NCBI GenBank assembly: GCA_964016885.1
Contig: OZ024741.1
Span: forward strand, 152,086,001 to 152,150,000
Direction: 5' to 3'
Length of the DNA stretch: 64,000 bases
Source: Eledone cirrhosa
Taxonomy: Eukaryota
The position numbers and the translations under genes were made by a program. Below are positions 39,024 through 51,437 of the stretch, one piece after another. The number at the start of each line of letters is the position of its first letter. Positions within the stretch are counted from its first letter, which is position 1. The notes below the pieces were generated by a model that was not told the origin of the DNA, did no database searches, and was given only the letters and a program-made list of their open reading frames with translations.

Positions 39024-40481
39024 TTACTGTTTATGAATGTCTAATGTTCTTGTTGTGTTGCGGTGGTTTTTGTCTGTTGTTCTTGTGGGTGCTTTCGTTT
39101 TGTTGTAGGTGTTTGTGTTTGCAGTGATATCGTGGTTTTGTTTTCGAGACGGGGTTTTTGTTTGTAATGTTTGTGTTGTTTGTGTTGGTGGTTGTATGTT
39201 TGTAGTGATGTTTGTTGTTTTTTTGTTCTTGTGGTGTCTTTTCTTCTTTCTTTTCGAACGGAGAGGCTCTCCCTCATCGTCACTTGGTGATGATGTGGGG
39301 GCCTCGTCCGTTGTGGTGTCTGTGTTATTTGGAAGGGGTATGTTGTGGGGAGCTGTTGTTTTTGTGGGTGTTTTTGCAGTGGTTTTAGGTGGAGTGGGGC
39401 TGGGTGGGACTGTGCTTGCAGGTTGGTTTGTTGTTCTTGTTTTGGTTGTGTTTGCGTGTTGTTCTTGTTGTGGTGGTAGTGGTGGTGGTGGTGGTGGTGG
39501 TGGTGGTGGTGTTTTGGGTGTTGGCAGTAGTGCCTCTTTTTTTGTTGTAGTTAACTGAGGACAGTAAGCCTTCAGGTGACCACTGCTTAAACAGTGGTAA
39601 CATGAAGGCTGCCTACCCTCAACAGAAATGTTTATGTGTGAAATTCCATCCAGAGGCACACGTTGGGGTATTTTAGCTATCCGTTCTGGCCTCATTTGGG
39701 CCAGAACTTCCATGCTTGTACCATTGAATGTGCCTCTGGAGGACTTTCCCACCGAAATGATGGTGTCTTCGTCGAAATCGATGAAGCCAGTTAGAATCCA
39801 CCAGATGTTTACATTTGGTGCAATGTTCAAAATTTTTATTTTTTGTGTTCTTTTTCCCATATATGTGGGGGAAATGGTGTAAAGGGAGGACACAATCGGC
39901 GATACAGAATATTGTTGTGCTGTCAATTGGTCTTTCAACAACACCGAAATGCTTCCCAAAAGTTTCCCTTTTTGGATGAAGGCAATATCCTTCATGGAAT
40001 TCTTCAGAACCAGTTCAATATCGTTTTGGGATAATTGAACTGGTTTTTTCGACACATTTGAAACCGTCCTAAAAATTACTGTTTTTAGAACAGTTTCTCT
40101 GCGTAACTGTTGAGGAGAAGTGATACTGAAAGCACCACTCTCACCAAAAGTTACGTACTGTTTTGCATCGCTTAACATTTCCCTAGCATTGGAAATGTCA
40201 AGGTATGTGAACAGTTCCGTCTTTTGGACGGTTTGAGCAAAGGAAATATTTTCCTTGTTCTTGGAGTTGTTCGTGTTGTTGTTGTTGGTGGTGGTGTTGC
40301 TGTTATCATTGTTGCTGTTGTTGTTGGTGGTGTTGTTGTTATCATTGTTGCTGTTGTTGTTGGTGGTGTTGTTGTTATCATTGTTGCTGTTGTTGTTGTT
40401 TGTTGTTGTTGGTGGTGTTGTTGTTATCATTGTTGCTGTTGTTGTTGTTGTTATCATTGTTGCTGTTGTTGTTCTTGTCAT
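39024..40481 (-). CDS. LINE ORF1 (gag-like, CCHC zinc knuckle, Pro/Thr-rich linker)
   Basis: CYHCLSSGHLKAYC. Start uncertain because the 5' part is (AAC)n-rich. Probably continues into 38666-39010 via a frameshift. Confidence 0.7.
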   Translation of the reverse strand: MTRTTTATMITTTTTATMITTTPPTTTNNNNSNNDNNNTTNNNSNNDNNNTTNNNSNNDNSNTTTNNNNTNNSKNKENISFAQTVQKTELFTYLDISNAREMLSDAKQYVTFGESGAFSITSPQQLRRETVLKTVIFRTVSNVSKKPVQLSQNDIELVLKNSMKDIAFIQKGKLLGSISVLLKDQLTAQQYSVSPIVSSLYTISPTYMGKRTQKIKILNIAPNVNIWWILTGFIDFDEDTIISVGKSSRGTFNGTSMEVLAQMRPERIAKIPQRVPLDGISHINISVEGRQPSCYHCLSSGHLKAYCPQLTTTKKEALLPTPKTPPPPPPPPPPLPPQQEQHANTTKTRTTNQPASTVPPSPTPPKTTAKTPTKTTAPHNIPLPNNTDTTTDEAPTSSPSDDEGEPLRSKRKKKRHHKNKKTTNITTNIQPPTQTTQTLQTKTPSRKQNHDITANTNTYNKTKAPTRTTDKNHRNTTRTLDIHKQ

Positions 40482-41888
40482 TTTTGTTGTTGTTGTTGTT
40501 CTGGTTGGTGTTGCTTATATTTTGCATGTTATTGGTGTTTGTGTGAGTGAACAGCTGAGCAAAGTGCCGCTGAAAGGCCGCGCACATCTGCTTCGGTTCA
40601 CGTATCACGCGTCCGTTTTGGTCCTCCAAAGACCGAATCGTGGACTTGTTGCCACTTTTTGCCTCCGTCACCCGGGCCCAGCTAACAGATAGATAGATAG
40701 ATAAACAGATTAATTGTTACCTCAATAGCCATACACCTTCACATTGATTTTATTACGCAGCTGGATGGTTTGTTTAACAAAAGTTAATTTTAGAATTACT
40801 GAAACAGTTATTGATACACCAACGAAACAAGACTACACTATTTTGCAAGTGCAAAATGTCTGCCATTAATATGTCTCCTTGGGTGGTGCTTTGGCAGTAT
40901 CGGTAGGGGGTCAGACGCCATGCTTTGCAGCATAGAGTAACGGCCCTTTGCGGTGTAATTTAAAATCACGCTGAGGTAAACTTTGCCTTTCATCCTTACG
41001 GGGTCGATAAAATAAAGTATCAGTAATGCATTGGGGTAATTGCTGGCCTTGTGCCTAAAGTAGAAGCAATTAATACGACTCCTTTAAGATTTGAGAAAAG
41101 AAACCTTAATACATTTACTACTTAGCGACTTCAAACTTTTTCAAATCATTAGTTAGATAAGTGGAATCTTTGCAATTATTATGATAGAAAATTGGAGACG
41201 AGGAGTGAAAATACAGAAAGAAATTATTTAAGCATATCTAGAAGATACCATACAGAAAAACTTCCATGATTGTTCCTTTAAATTATCTAAAGGTTTGGAA
41301 GACAAAACAGTATTAAAATAAACATTTTTACCAAGAAAATTCGAAGTGTTGCAGTTGGTGTTATGGTTTTTAAATATGTATATTCATATTCCAATATATC
41401 TGTGTGTTGGCGCACGAGTGTGTATACACACACACATATGTATATCTATGTGTGTCTGTCTGTCTGTGTGTGTGTACTGGTAATATGTAGCCCAGTACAA
41501 CCTGTCACATGGTCGGGTTGTCGGCGACTAAACCTGTCAAAAGACAGAGAGTCTCTTGGGTGACAACAGCAATCTAATACCTGAGGTGTCTTGTTCACTG
41601 AGTTCGTGACAAACATTTTCTCCAATCTTTTGTTATAAGTGTTTCCGAAACGTGTGGCTGGTCCAACACAAATCTTTACCACTAAAAACAATCCATTTGT
41701 GTGGGTATGTCAACAGCTCTTCTAGTTCTATTTGATATCCTACCATTAACACAATGCCCATTGAGCTATTGATTCCAGAGTCGGGCCCGATCGCTACAGA
41801 ACCAACCTTGAGCTGATCAATTGTGAAACGTGCATCACATCTGAATAAACTTAATGATGATACTCTGACCCCTCGTTCCTACTCGGTG

Positions 41889-42067
41889 GATTGGCAGTAT
41901 CGGTAGAGGGTCGGACGCCATGCTTTCAAGCATAGTTACGTCCCTTTACGATCTGAGTTCAAAAGCCGCCGAGGTTGACTTTGCCTTTCATCCTTACGGG
42001 GTCGATAAAATAAAGTACCAGTAATGCACTGGGTAATTGTTGGCCTTGTGCCTAAGGTAGAAACAAT

Positions 42068-42072
<5 letters not shown>
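41889..42072 (+). mobile_element. Same SINE family
   Basis: Full head, core and tail. Other copies at 40890-41072, 50825-51032 and 31400-31470. Confidence 0.78.
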
Positions 42073-42133
<61 letters not shown>

Positions 42134-42575
42134 TAGTTTTTCCCCGGTATTCGCTGGGGTTACGTACGTAGAGTACCCGCGAAGAGTGAAAAACTGGTCG
42201 TAAAAATGCCTATAAACGTCAAAATACGGTTATTCACTGGTTGCAATGTTATAGTTTGTAATACATGGGTGGTCAGGAAGTGATAGTCATTAGGAGTTTA
42301 GAGTGGTTAATCATGAAAACACCTCCAAAAGAACTGACAACAATAAGTAAATTATGTTGATCTAGGAAAGGGAATGTCTATATATCCATCTATATTCCGT
42401 CCATTAATACAAATATTTATCAATGTATCTACCTACCGTCTCTTTAACATTCCATCCACTAACGCATCACTTATTAATTTATATATTTATGTATCCATTC
42501 ATCCAGCCATTGAACCAACCATTTAACCAGCCAACTAACCATCTAGTCATTCATTCGTCTTTCTGTGTAACTCTC

Positions 42576-42634
<59 letters not shown>

Positions 42635-43107
42635 CTCACACAAACACTCTCTCTCTATCGATCTATCTCTATCTCTCTCTATATATATCTCTTTCTCTCT
42701 ATATCTCTCATACACCTATACGCAGATATATATATTGGGTCGTCAAGTATAAAATGTGTAGAAATTTGTAGAAAGAGAGCAAATTTCTACAAATTTCATA
42801 CTTGACAACTCAATATGTATGTGTGCATGTTACTAGCAGCCCGTCGATTCCAGTTGATTCGAAGGTGAACTGTACGTGCTGGTATTTGAGTATTCCAAAG
42901 ACTTGGAATTTCAAGTACAACTCATTGTGGCCAGCTGATTGGCCTGGAACAACACAACGCCAATTTATTCCCTTACGATCGTGAGCCGAATACCCTAACT
43001 ACTAGACCATGTGTCTTCACTATATATATCAACCAATGACCTACACCCATCCCACTCCCCACCCTCTCCTACCACTTATATATATATATATATATATATA
43101 TAGATAT

Positions 43108-43179
<72 letters not shown>

Positions 43180-43182
<3 letters not shown>

Positions 43183-45083
43183 AATGAAACTACGCTAGCA
43201 AATATTAACAACGAGGCATATAAAGTGGTGAAGAATCTCAAGATAGACGATAGAACCGAGCCGATTATACCCGCTACCCCCACCTTCAACCTTAAGGACC
43301 ATAAGGTAAATTTTGACTCTAACCCTAAGATCAGACTTATATGCCCTTCTAAATCAGACATAGGGAAAATTAGCAAACATATACTTGACAGAGTAATAAC
43401 TCAAGTGAAAAAGAAAATTGAAATTAAATTATGGGGCAACACTAGCGAAGCAATTCGCTGGTTTAATAATGTTAAGAATAAGAATAAATCTAAGTTTATA
43501 CAATTTGACATAGACGAATACTACTCTTCCATCTCACCAAGCACTTTACGTAAGGCCCTATCGTTTGCTAAGGCCAATTCCGACCTAACGGAGGACGAAA
43601 TTAATATTATTCTCGAGGCTAGAAAAACCATTATTAAGTTCGATAACTGCTACTGGGAACGTAAGGACAGACCCACAAATTTCGATATTACCATGGGTTC
43701 CAACGACTCGGCGGAGGTCACGGATCTCGTGGGAATTTACATAGCCCACATATTACATAGTAAATTTAGTAATCTACAGGGGGGGGGATATACAGAGATG
43801 ACGGGCTCTTATTAGTTAATAACTTGAATAACCAAAATCTTGAAAGGCTACAGAAAAATATTAGAAAATCTTTTAGTGAACTGGGTCTAAAAATAACATA
43901 CGAATACAATCTTCAGGTAGTAAACTTTCTGGACGTAACTCTTAATTTAAATACCGGACAGATACGACCCTTCCACAAGGTAAATGAGAACCTTACGTAT
44001 ATTAACTTTAACTCTAACCACCCACTCTCCATGATCAAATCAGTTCCCCGGAGTATTTCTCTTAGAATCTCTCGCCTATCGTCTAACTCTGATATTTTTA
44101 GTGAACATGCTGAATACTACAATAATGCATTAAGGAATGCTGACCACCGGGATACAATAGAATACATCGATAGGAATTTCCACAACACACATAGCTCTAC
44201 ACGTAATCAACGTATACGTAACCGGGGGACTAAAACACAAGCACACACACACAGTACTACCAGACATACTAATAATAGAAGATCACCACCAAATAAATCA
44301 CGTTGTAGAAAGTATATCTGGTACAATCCTATTTTTAATGCCTCGATTAGTACAAAACTATCTCTTTCATTCTTTAAATTAATCAATAAACACTTCCCTA
44401 GTTCCCATAAGTACAGCAAAATTCTGAACTCTAAAACTATTAGACTATCATACTCCACGGCACCAAACCTTGAAGCATACATAAAAAAACTTAACTTAAG
44501 GCAATTAAACAACTCTACAAAACAAAACATTTTAGTAACAGATCGGCAGAACGCAATATCTGCCTCCCAACCACTAAATGGGAGACGGGTATTGCACAAC
44601 CCACCTGTACCGCTATCACAACCTATCCATGGTATACCCGCTACCCACAACAAAGAATGTAACTGCCATCTACCTGAAAGATGTTCATTGCAGAATGAAT
44701 GCCTAAAGTCCAACATTGTTTACCAATGCACGGTTGAATCGAACGACCACAAATGGTATTATATCGGATCTACCACCACATCGTTTAAATCTCGCTGGTA
44801 CCGTCATCGATTCTCAATCAAACATCCGAATCACCGTTTTGTGACCACGCTCGCCAACAAGACTTGGCAACTCCGTGAACACAACCAACAGTTCACCTTA
44901 AAATGGGATATACTTTCCAGCGCAAGTGCATATCGGAGTGGATTGAAGTACTGCAGGTTATGTAACCTTGAGCTATTTTACATATTAAAATCCAAAAACA
45001 AACTACTTAACGATAGAATTGAACGATCATTATACTGCAACCACAAACTAAAAGCTAAATTCTTTCACTATAAAATAACTTAA
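43180..45083 (+). pseudogene. PLE RT-GIY-YIG ORF split by one frameshift in a G run (~43779-43787)
   Basis: Track ORFs 43009-43815 and 43824-45083. Removing one G restores GGIYRDDGLLL. Confidence 0.85.
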
Positions 45084-45581
45084 CATTCGAACCCGTAACT
45101 ATAACACCACGTTCTAGCTAACAACCTTCTCTTCCCCCCACACTACAAGACAATACACTGCTTATCACTATACATGGTAACTCAGTACAATTCCTAGATT
45201 ACTACTACAAAACCAAAAGTTCACTCACCACACATACTTTATCTGTCCCCTCTCTACCTATATCTCTCTCTACATCCATTACACTCTCTCTCTCTCTCAC
45301 CTTTGACCTACCTCCCTCTCAACATCTATGAACCTGCCCTCTGGGGCAATAAATAATTCCGACCTTAACTATCAACGCATCTCTCCAAAAGTAACCAGTA
45401 TAATAAAACCCCTACCATAACATTTTGATTAAGATATCTATAAGCCACTCTCTCCTACTTCTCCAACCCCTGCATATCTTTCCTTCTCTCTCCCTCTTCC
45501 CTACTTTTCTCTCTTCCTGTTCCACTCTATCTTCCCCCAACAACCCCACTTAAGGGTTTTTACATTGTACATTTACCATTC

Positions 45582-45693
45582 TGCTCTGAGGAAACAGTGG
45601 TCACAGCATTGGATATTCGAGTTCTGCAAGTACTTGTGAATTTGCACGTAGCGGAACTAGGCTGCAGTACCACCGTGGAAACACTTGTAAGCA
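45582..45693 (+). ncRNA. Type I hammerhead ribozyme in PLE 3' end
   Basis: tgct CTGAGGA ...gtggt/accac... GAAA c actt gt A agca. Base of stem II is imperfect. Confidence 0.7.
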
Positions 45694-45743
45694 CACGGAA
45701 TAAATTACCTTTTTATGATGTCTACCTGTTATTATTCATTCTT

Positions 45744-45947
<204 letters not shown>

Positions 45948-45956
45948 CATATATAC

Positions 45957-45989
<33 letters not shown>

Positions 45990-46090
45990 CATATATATAT
46001 ACATATATATATATATATACATATATATATACATATATATATATATATACATATATATATACATATATACATATATATACATATATATAC

Positions 46091-46139
<49 letters not shown>

Positions 46140-46462
46140 CATATATATATACATATATATATATATATAAAAACAAATAACGAAACGAAATTAAATTTCG
46201 TTTCGTTTGTAACTCACTTTTGTATGACTGACGCTTAAACAATTAAGTTAAAGATGTACATCCATATATGTATACTGAAATACTAGTATGTATATGAATA
46301 CACACACGTATACATATGTAGATGTACCAAGTTTTTTCACTGGTCACTTTACTGTGAGTGGCCAGCTATTCTGTATGTAAACACACAGACAAACCGGTTT
46401 TTAGAGTCATACTGGTTTTTGAGGAAACACCTTTCCTCTATTCTCCAGAAAGCCAGACAAGG

Positions 46463-46507
46463 AATATTGAACTAGTTTCGTTGTTGTTACAACTCATCAG
46501 CAATATT
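46463..46507 (-). ncRNA. Minimal type I hammerhead ribozyme (467-bp unit 1)
   Basis: Minus strand reads aatattg CTGATGA gttgt aaca acaac GAAA ctag TT caatatt. Confidence 0.88.
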
Positions 46508-46929
46508 TACCTATCTTCCGGCCTCTCTAGAGAATCGTAAAAGCACATATCGTTATATGCTTTTTCTATGAAAATTAGTAGTGGGCAGACTAATTTGCAT
46601 AGAGTGTGAGTAAGTACCGGTTCAACGGAGACGATAAAAACAAATAACGAAACGAAATTAAATTTCGTTTCGTTTGTAACTCACTTTTGTATGACTGACG
46701 CTTAAACAATTAAGTTAAAGATGTACATCCATATATGTATACTGAAATACTAGTATGTATATGAATACACACACGTATACATATGTAGATGTACCAAGTT
46801 TTTTCACTGGTCACTTTACTGTGAGTGGCCAGCTATTCTGTATGTAAACACACAGACAAACCGGTTTTTAGAGTCATACTGGTTTTTGAGGAAACACCTT
46901 TCCTCTATTCTCCAGAAAGCCAGACAAGG

Positions 46930-46974
46930 AATATTGAACTAGTTTCGTTGTTGTTACAACTCATCAGCAATATT
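46930..46974 (-). ncRNA. Minimal type I hammerhead ribozyme (467-bp unit 2)
   Basis: Same as 46463-46507. Confidence 0.88.
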
Positions 46975-47278
46975 TACCTATCTTCCGGCCTCTCTAGAGA
47001 ATCGTAAAAGCACGTAAAAACAACAACGAAACTAGTTCAATATTCCTTGTCTGGCTTTCTGGAGAATAGAGGAAAGGTGTTTCCTCAAAAACCAGTATGA
47101 CTCTAAAAACCGGTTTGTCTGTGTGTTTACATACAGAATAGCTGGCCACTCACAGTAAAGTGACCAGTGAAAAAACTTGGTACATCTACATATGTATACG
47201 TGTGTGTATTCATATACATACTAGTATTTCAGTATACATATATGGATGTACATCTTTAACTTAATTATATATATATAC

Positions 47279-47373
<95 letters not shown>

Positions 47374-47428
47374 CATATATACATATATATATATATACAT
47401 ATATATATACATATACATATATATATAC

Positions 47429-47491
<63 letters not shown>

Positions 47492-47504
47492 CATATATAT
47501 ATAC

Positions 47505-47583
<79 letters not shown>

Positions 47584-47634
47584 CATATATATATACATAT
47601 ATATATATACATATATATATATACATATATATAC

Positions 47635-47721
<87 letters not shown>

Positions 47722-47762
47722 CATATATATACATATATATATATATACATATATATATATAC

Positions 47763-47793
<31 letters not shown>

Positions 47794-47808
47794 CATATAT
47801 ATATATAC

Positions 47809-47839
<31 letters not shown>

Positions 47840-47868
47840 CATATATATATATACATATATATATATAC

Positions 47869-47909
<41 letters not shown>

Positions 47910-47926
47910 GATATATATACATATAC

Positions 47927-48043
<117 letters not shown>

Positions 48044-48301
48044 TAACAGATTAAAGTTTAAACAAAGAATAGTTGCTTTCACCCTTAACGGGATCTTCTG
48101 AAACAGCGATTCTTTGCCTAAACTTTAATCTGTTATTTTAATAAATATTTGCTCTACGGTTCTTATATATTTGATATATATTTATCCCTATCGAGCCCTC
48201 TTTGGATTTTAGTCTTCAAATTTATTATTATTACTATATATATATATATATATATATAGCTTTGCGAGGTTTTTTTATATGAAATGGTGTGTCGAAACAA
48301 A

Positions 48302-48817
48302 TATTGTTATACTTGGGGAGGGTCATATTTGTGTAATATTGCCAGAATTAATAACAGAACACACTCACTGTTTGGTTGGTTTTCGCTTTTCGCTTCTGTG
48401 TCTTTTATATCGGTAATCAAATTTATGCGGTCCTCAATGTTGCCATTGACTGACCAACGGTCAAAAATAATACAGATACAATATAGACACAAACACATAA
48501 ATAAATAAATAAATATATAAACAGACTAAATAAAGATGGCGTAGAAATACAATGCAACGGGAGGAATCTATAGCACCACTGACGATGTTGCAGATGTGTA
48601 ACGAAAGAACTTTGATAAACTATATATATGTGTTTGTGTCTATATTGTATCTGTATTATTTTTGACCGTCGGTCAGTCAATGGCAACATTGAGGACCGAG
48701 TAAGTTAGATTACCGATATAAAAGACACAGAAGCGAAAAGCGAAAACCAACCAAACAGTTAGTGTGTTCTGTTATTAATTCTGGCAATATTACACAAATA
48801 TGACCCTCCCCAAGTAT

Positions 48818-48825
<8 letters not shown>
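48302..48825. mobile_element. Inverted pLTR-like insertion with HHR at 48575-48616 (+)
   Basis: Arms 48302-48500 and 48625-48825. acca CTGACGA tgttgc...gtaac GAAA gaac TT tgat. Tail atgaccctcc..aagtataacaatat is shared with 7542-7567. Confidence 0.72.
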
Positions 48826-48879
<54 letters not shown>

Positions 48880-48883
<4 letters not shown>

Positions 48884-49591
48884 AAGGTTTAGTAAATAAT
48901 GAAAAAGTTTCAAAATAAATTTTAAAAAATTGACTTTACCTACTATAGTTACCTTTACCGATCGGTTTCGAATCCCAAAAATAAAACGGAGACCATACGG
49001 CCTTCGTTGCAAAGAAAGATTCTCGTCAGAAGGTTCTTTTCATTCAAAGAATATAAAATTCCTGAATTTAAATCACAAACTAGCGCTATCAAAAACTGTT
49101 CCTGGGATGAGAGTGGATGATGTAGAACAGGTTTATCAAGGGCCGTAGCAAAGATAGAGGCAAAAGGAGGTAGGTCAAACTAGCCACAGCTATTACTAGC
49201 AGCAGTCGGAATGACCAAGTTTGTTCTCAACGTTAGTGGAGGTAGTAGTAATATGAAATACGTTCCTTCACGCACAAGGCGCCAAGGTACGCATGTATTG
49301 TCCAACCAAATGCCAGTGTGGTTCAATGGCGGGTTAATAAATTAACGAGCCAGAACAAATATAAACAAGGTTTAGTAAATAATGAAAAAGTTTCAAAATA
49401 AATTTTAAAAAATTGACTTTACCTACTATAGTTACCTTTACCGATCGGTTTCGAATCCCAAAAATAAAACGGAGACCATACGGCCTTCGTTGCAAAGAAA
49501 GATTCTCGTCAGAAGGTTCTTTTCATTCAAAGAATATAAAATTCCTGAATTTAAATCACAAACTAGCGCTATCAAAAACTGTTCCTGGGAT
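48880..49591 (-). mobile_element. Second locus of the 483-bp retrozyme-like family (~1.5 units; HHRs at 48951-49034 and 49434-49517)
   Basis: Same unit with diagnostic substitutions (cggagaccatacgg vs cgtaggccatacgg). HHR core intact. Left end in (TA)n. Confidence 0.87.
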
Positions 49592-49905
49592 AACATACAC
49601 ACACACACATATATTTATTATATAAGAGAGAGTCGGGACCCGAAGGCTGAGCTTTTGCCGGTTCAACATATATATATATATATATATATATAAATCAGCC
49701 AGAATCGCATTTCGGCGGGTAGAAAAAGCGAAACGAAACGCAATAATCAGAAATATGCTGGCAAGCGCTCCATAGTTAAAAAACCAGACCTAAAAAATAT
49801 GTTAAAACGCCATACAAACCTGAAAAAGTGGTAAAGAAAGCATCAACCAACTAAGCAAAAAGCAAATCAAAGTCAAAACAAAATAAATGATAAAAAACAC
49901 ACACT

Positions 49906-49936
<31 letters not shown>

Positions 49937-50098
49937 GAACTGTTTCATTCTTTAGAAATCATCAGGAATCCTGATGATTTCTAAAGAAGGAAACAGTTCT
50001 AGTCCTGTAGAATCTCATCTATATTAAAACTTTTATACTCTGCTATGTATTGAGTACCTTACTTACTGTGGTTACCTCCGATTCAACCCGGAATAACG
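49937..50098. mobile_element. Micro-palindromic insertion with HHR (49969-50013, +)
   Basis: Near-perfect palindrome 49937-49999. CTGATGA tttctaaagaag GAAA cag ttctagtc ctg TA gaat; the left arm shows stem I was attc. Confidence 0.68.
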
Positions 50099-50369
50099 TA
50101 TATATATATATATATATTTATTTATTTATTTACACATACACGCATACATACAAACATACATACATACATATATATACATATACGTCAATCTATCTACGTT
50201 TTTATCAATCTGTCTGCCTGTCTGCATGTCTGCATGTCTGCATGTCTTCATGTCTGCCTACACTGCCAGCTTACCTATTTTGCTCCCCCCCCCCCTTTAT
50301 CTTTCTCTCTTTATATATATATATAGAGAGAGAGAGAAAGAAAGAGAGAGAGAGGGAGAGAGAGTGAGG

Positions 50370-50417
<48 letters not shown>

Positions 50418-51129
50418 CATCTCTCTAATTTCCAGTCTCTTACGTTCACAGTTTCAACATTTTACCTCCAAACTTATTCTCTAATTCTATTATTCTATTA
50501 TCTTGTTATTCTGCTATTCCATTTATTTATTTTTCTGTGTCTTGTTCTTGTTCTTGCTTTCTTACTCATAAATCATTCTATTGTTTATTCAGGCAAGATT
50601 TCGACAATTGTCTGTTCAGTATTTGGTCCTACTTACTCAACCAAACTATTTCACTTATTTGCTGTGTGAGAGATGTTTGGCGCTTTTACAGAAGTTTTTC
50701 ATTAGTTATACACCAACTTCTCAGTTTTCACTATATATATTCTTTTCATCTGTTGTATATTATATACGTCAACGCTTTTTGGTTATTTTTAAATAATTTT
50801 GTTGTTCATCTTCATTTTAGTAATTGTTAGAATGTGGGATAAAATGCTTTGCGGTATATAGTTACGTCCCTTTACGTTCTGAGTTCCAGTCCCATCATGG
50901 TTAGCTTTATCTTTCATCCTTACGAGATCGATAAAATAAAGTACCAGTAACACACTGGAGTCGATGTAATCGACCCCCACCCCACCCACAAAAAGAATTG
51001 TTGGCCTTGTGCCTAAATAAGAAGCCATTATTATTTGACTATTTTTTACGACCGACTTTGATGTTGCTTTGAGCCGGTTATTTTAGGGAATACCTGGCTA
51101 TAACTAATAACCTTGGGTAATTCAAACTT

Positions 51130-51355
51130 TTTCATATCATTCTTTGTCATTTTACAATATTCGAGCTAATCCCAGTAGGCATGTCTTCTGGAGTAGTTCA
51201 ATCCCTGGTGCAAAATCTATCTTCGTCAGGTAATTTTAAAGGTTCCTTGTCACCATGCCAATAGCACCAATCACCAATGGGACAATGGTGACTGTCTTCA
51301 CCTTATTACTCCAGCATTTCAAGATCTTGTATTTTTAGATAATTATAAACCTTTA

Positions 51356-51437
<82 letters not shown>

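Larger units (their letters stand above)
34985..40548 (-). mobile_element. Near full-length Tx1/L1-like LINE
   Basis: ORF1 with CCHC knuckle; ORF2 with APE + RT and several frameshifts; aataaa near the 3' end, next to (GATA)n. Confidence 0.9.
46168..47265. mobile_element. 467-bp retrozyme-like tandem (~1.8 units) plus inverted partial copy
   Basis: Direct repeat 46168/46635; inverted copy ~47019-47265. Embedded in very long (TA)n/(TACA) arrays. Confidence 0.85.

Noticed and set aside
42830-42900. Helitron-like ends (ctag + hairpin here; tctatatatctaaaac start near 125)
   Set aside because: Only short generic motifs; no matching partner end or RepHel sequence.
49690-49765. HHR-like motif on the minus strand (CTGATTA...GAAA)
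   Set aside because: Core mismatch and no adjacent stem I; not counted.
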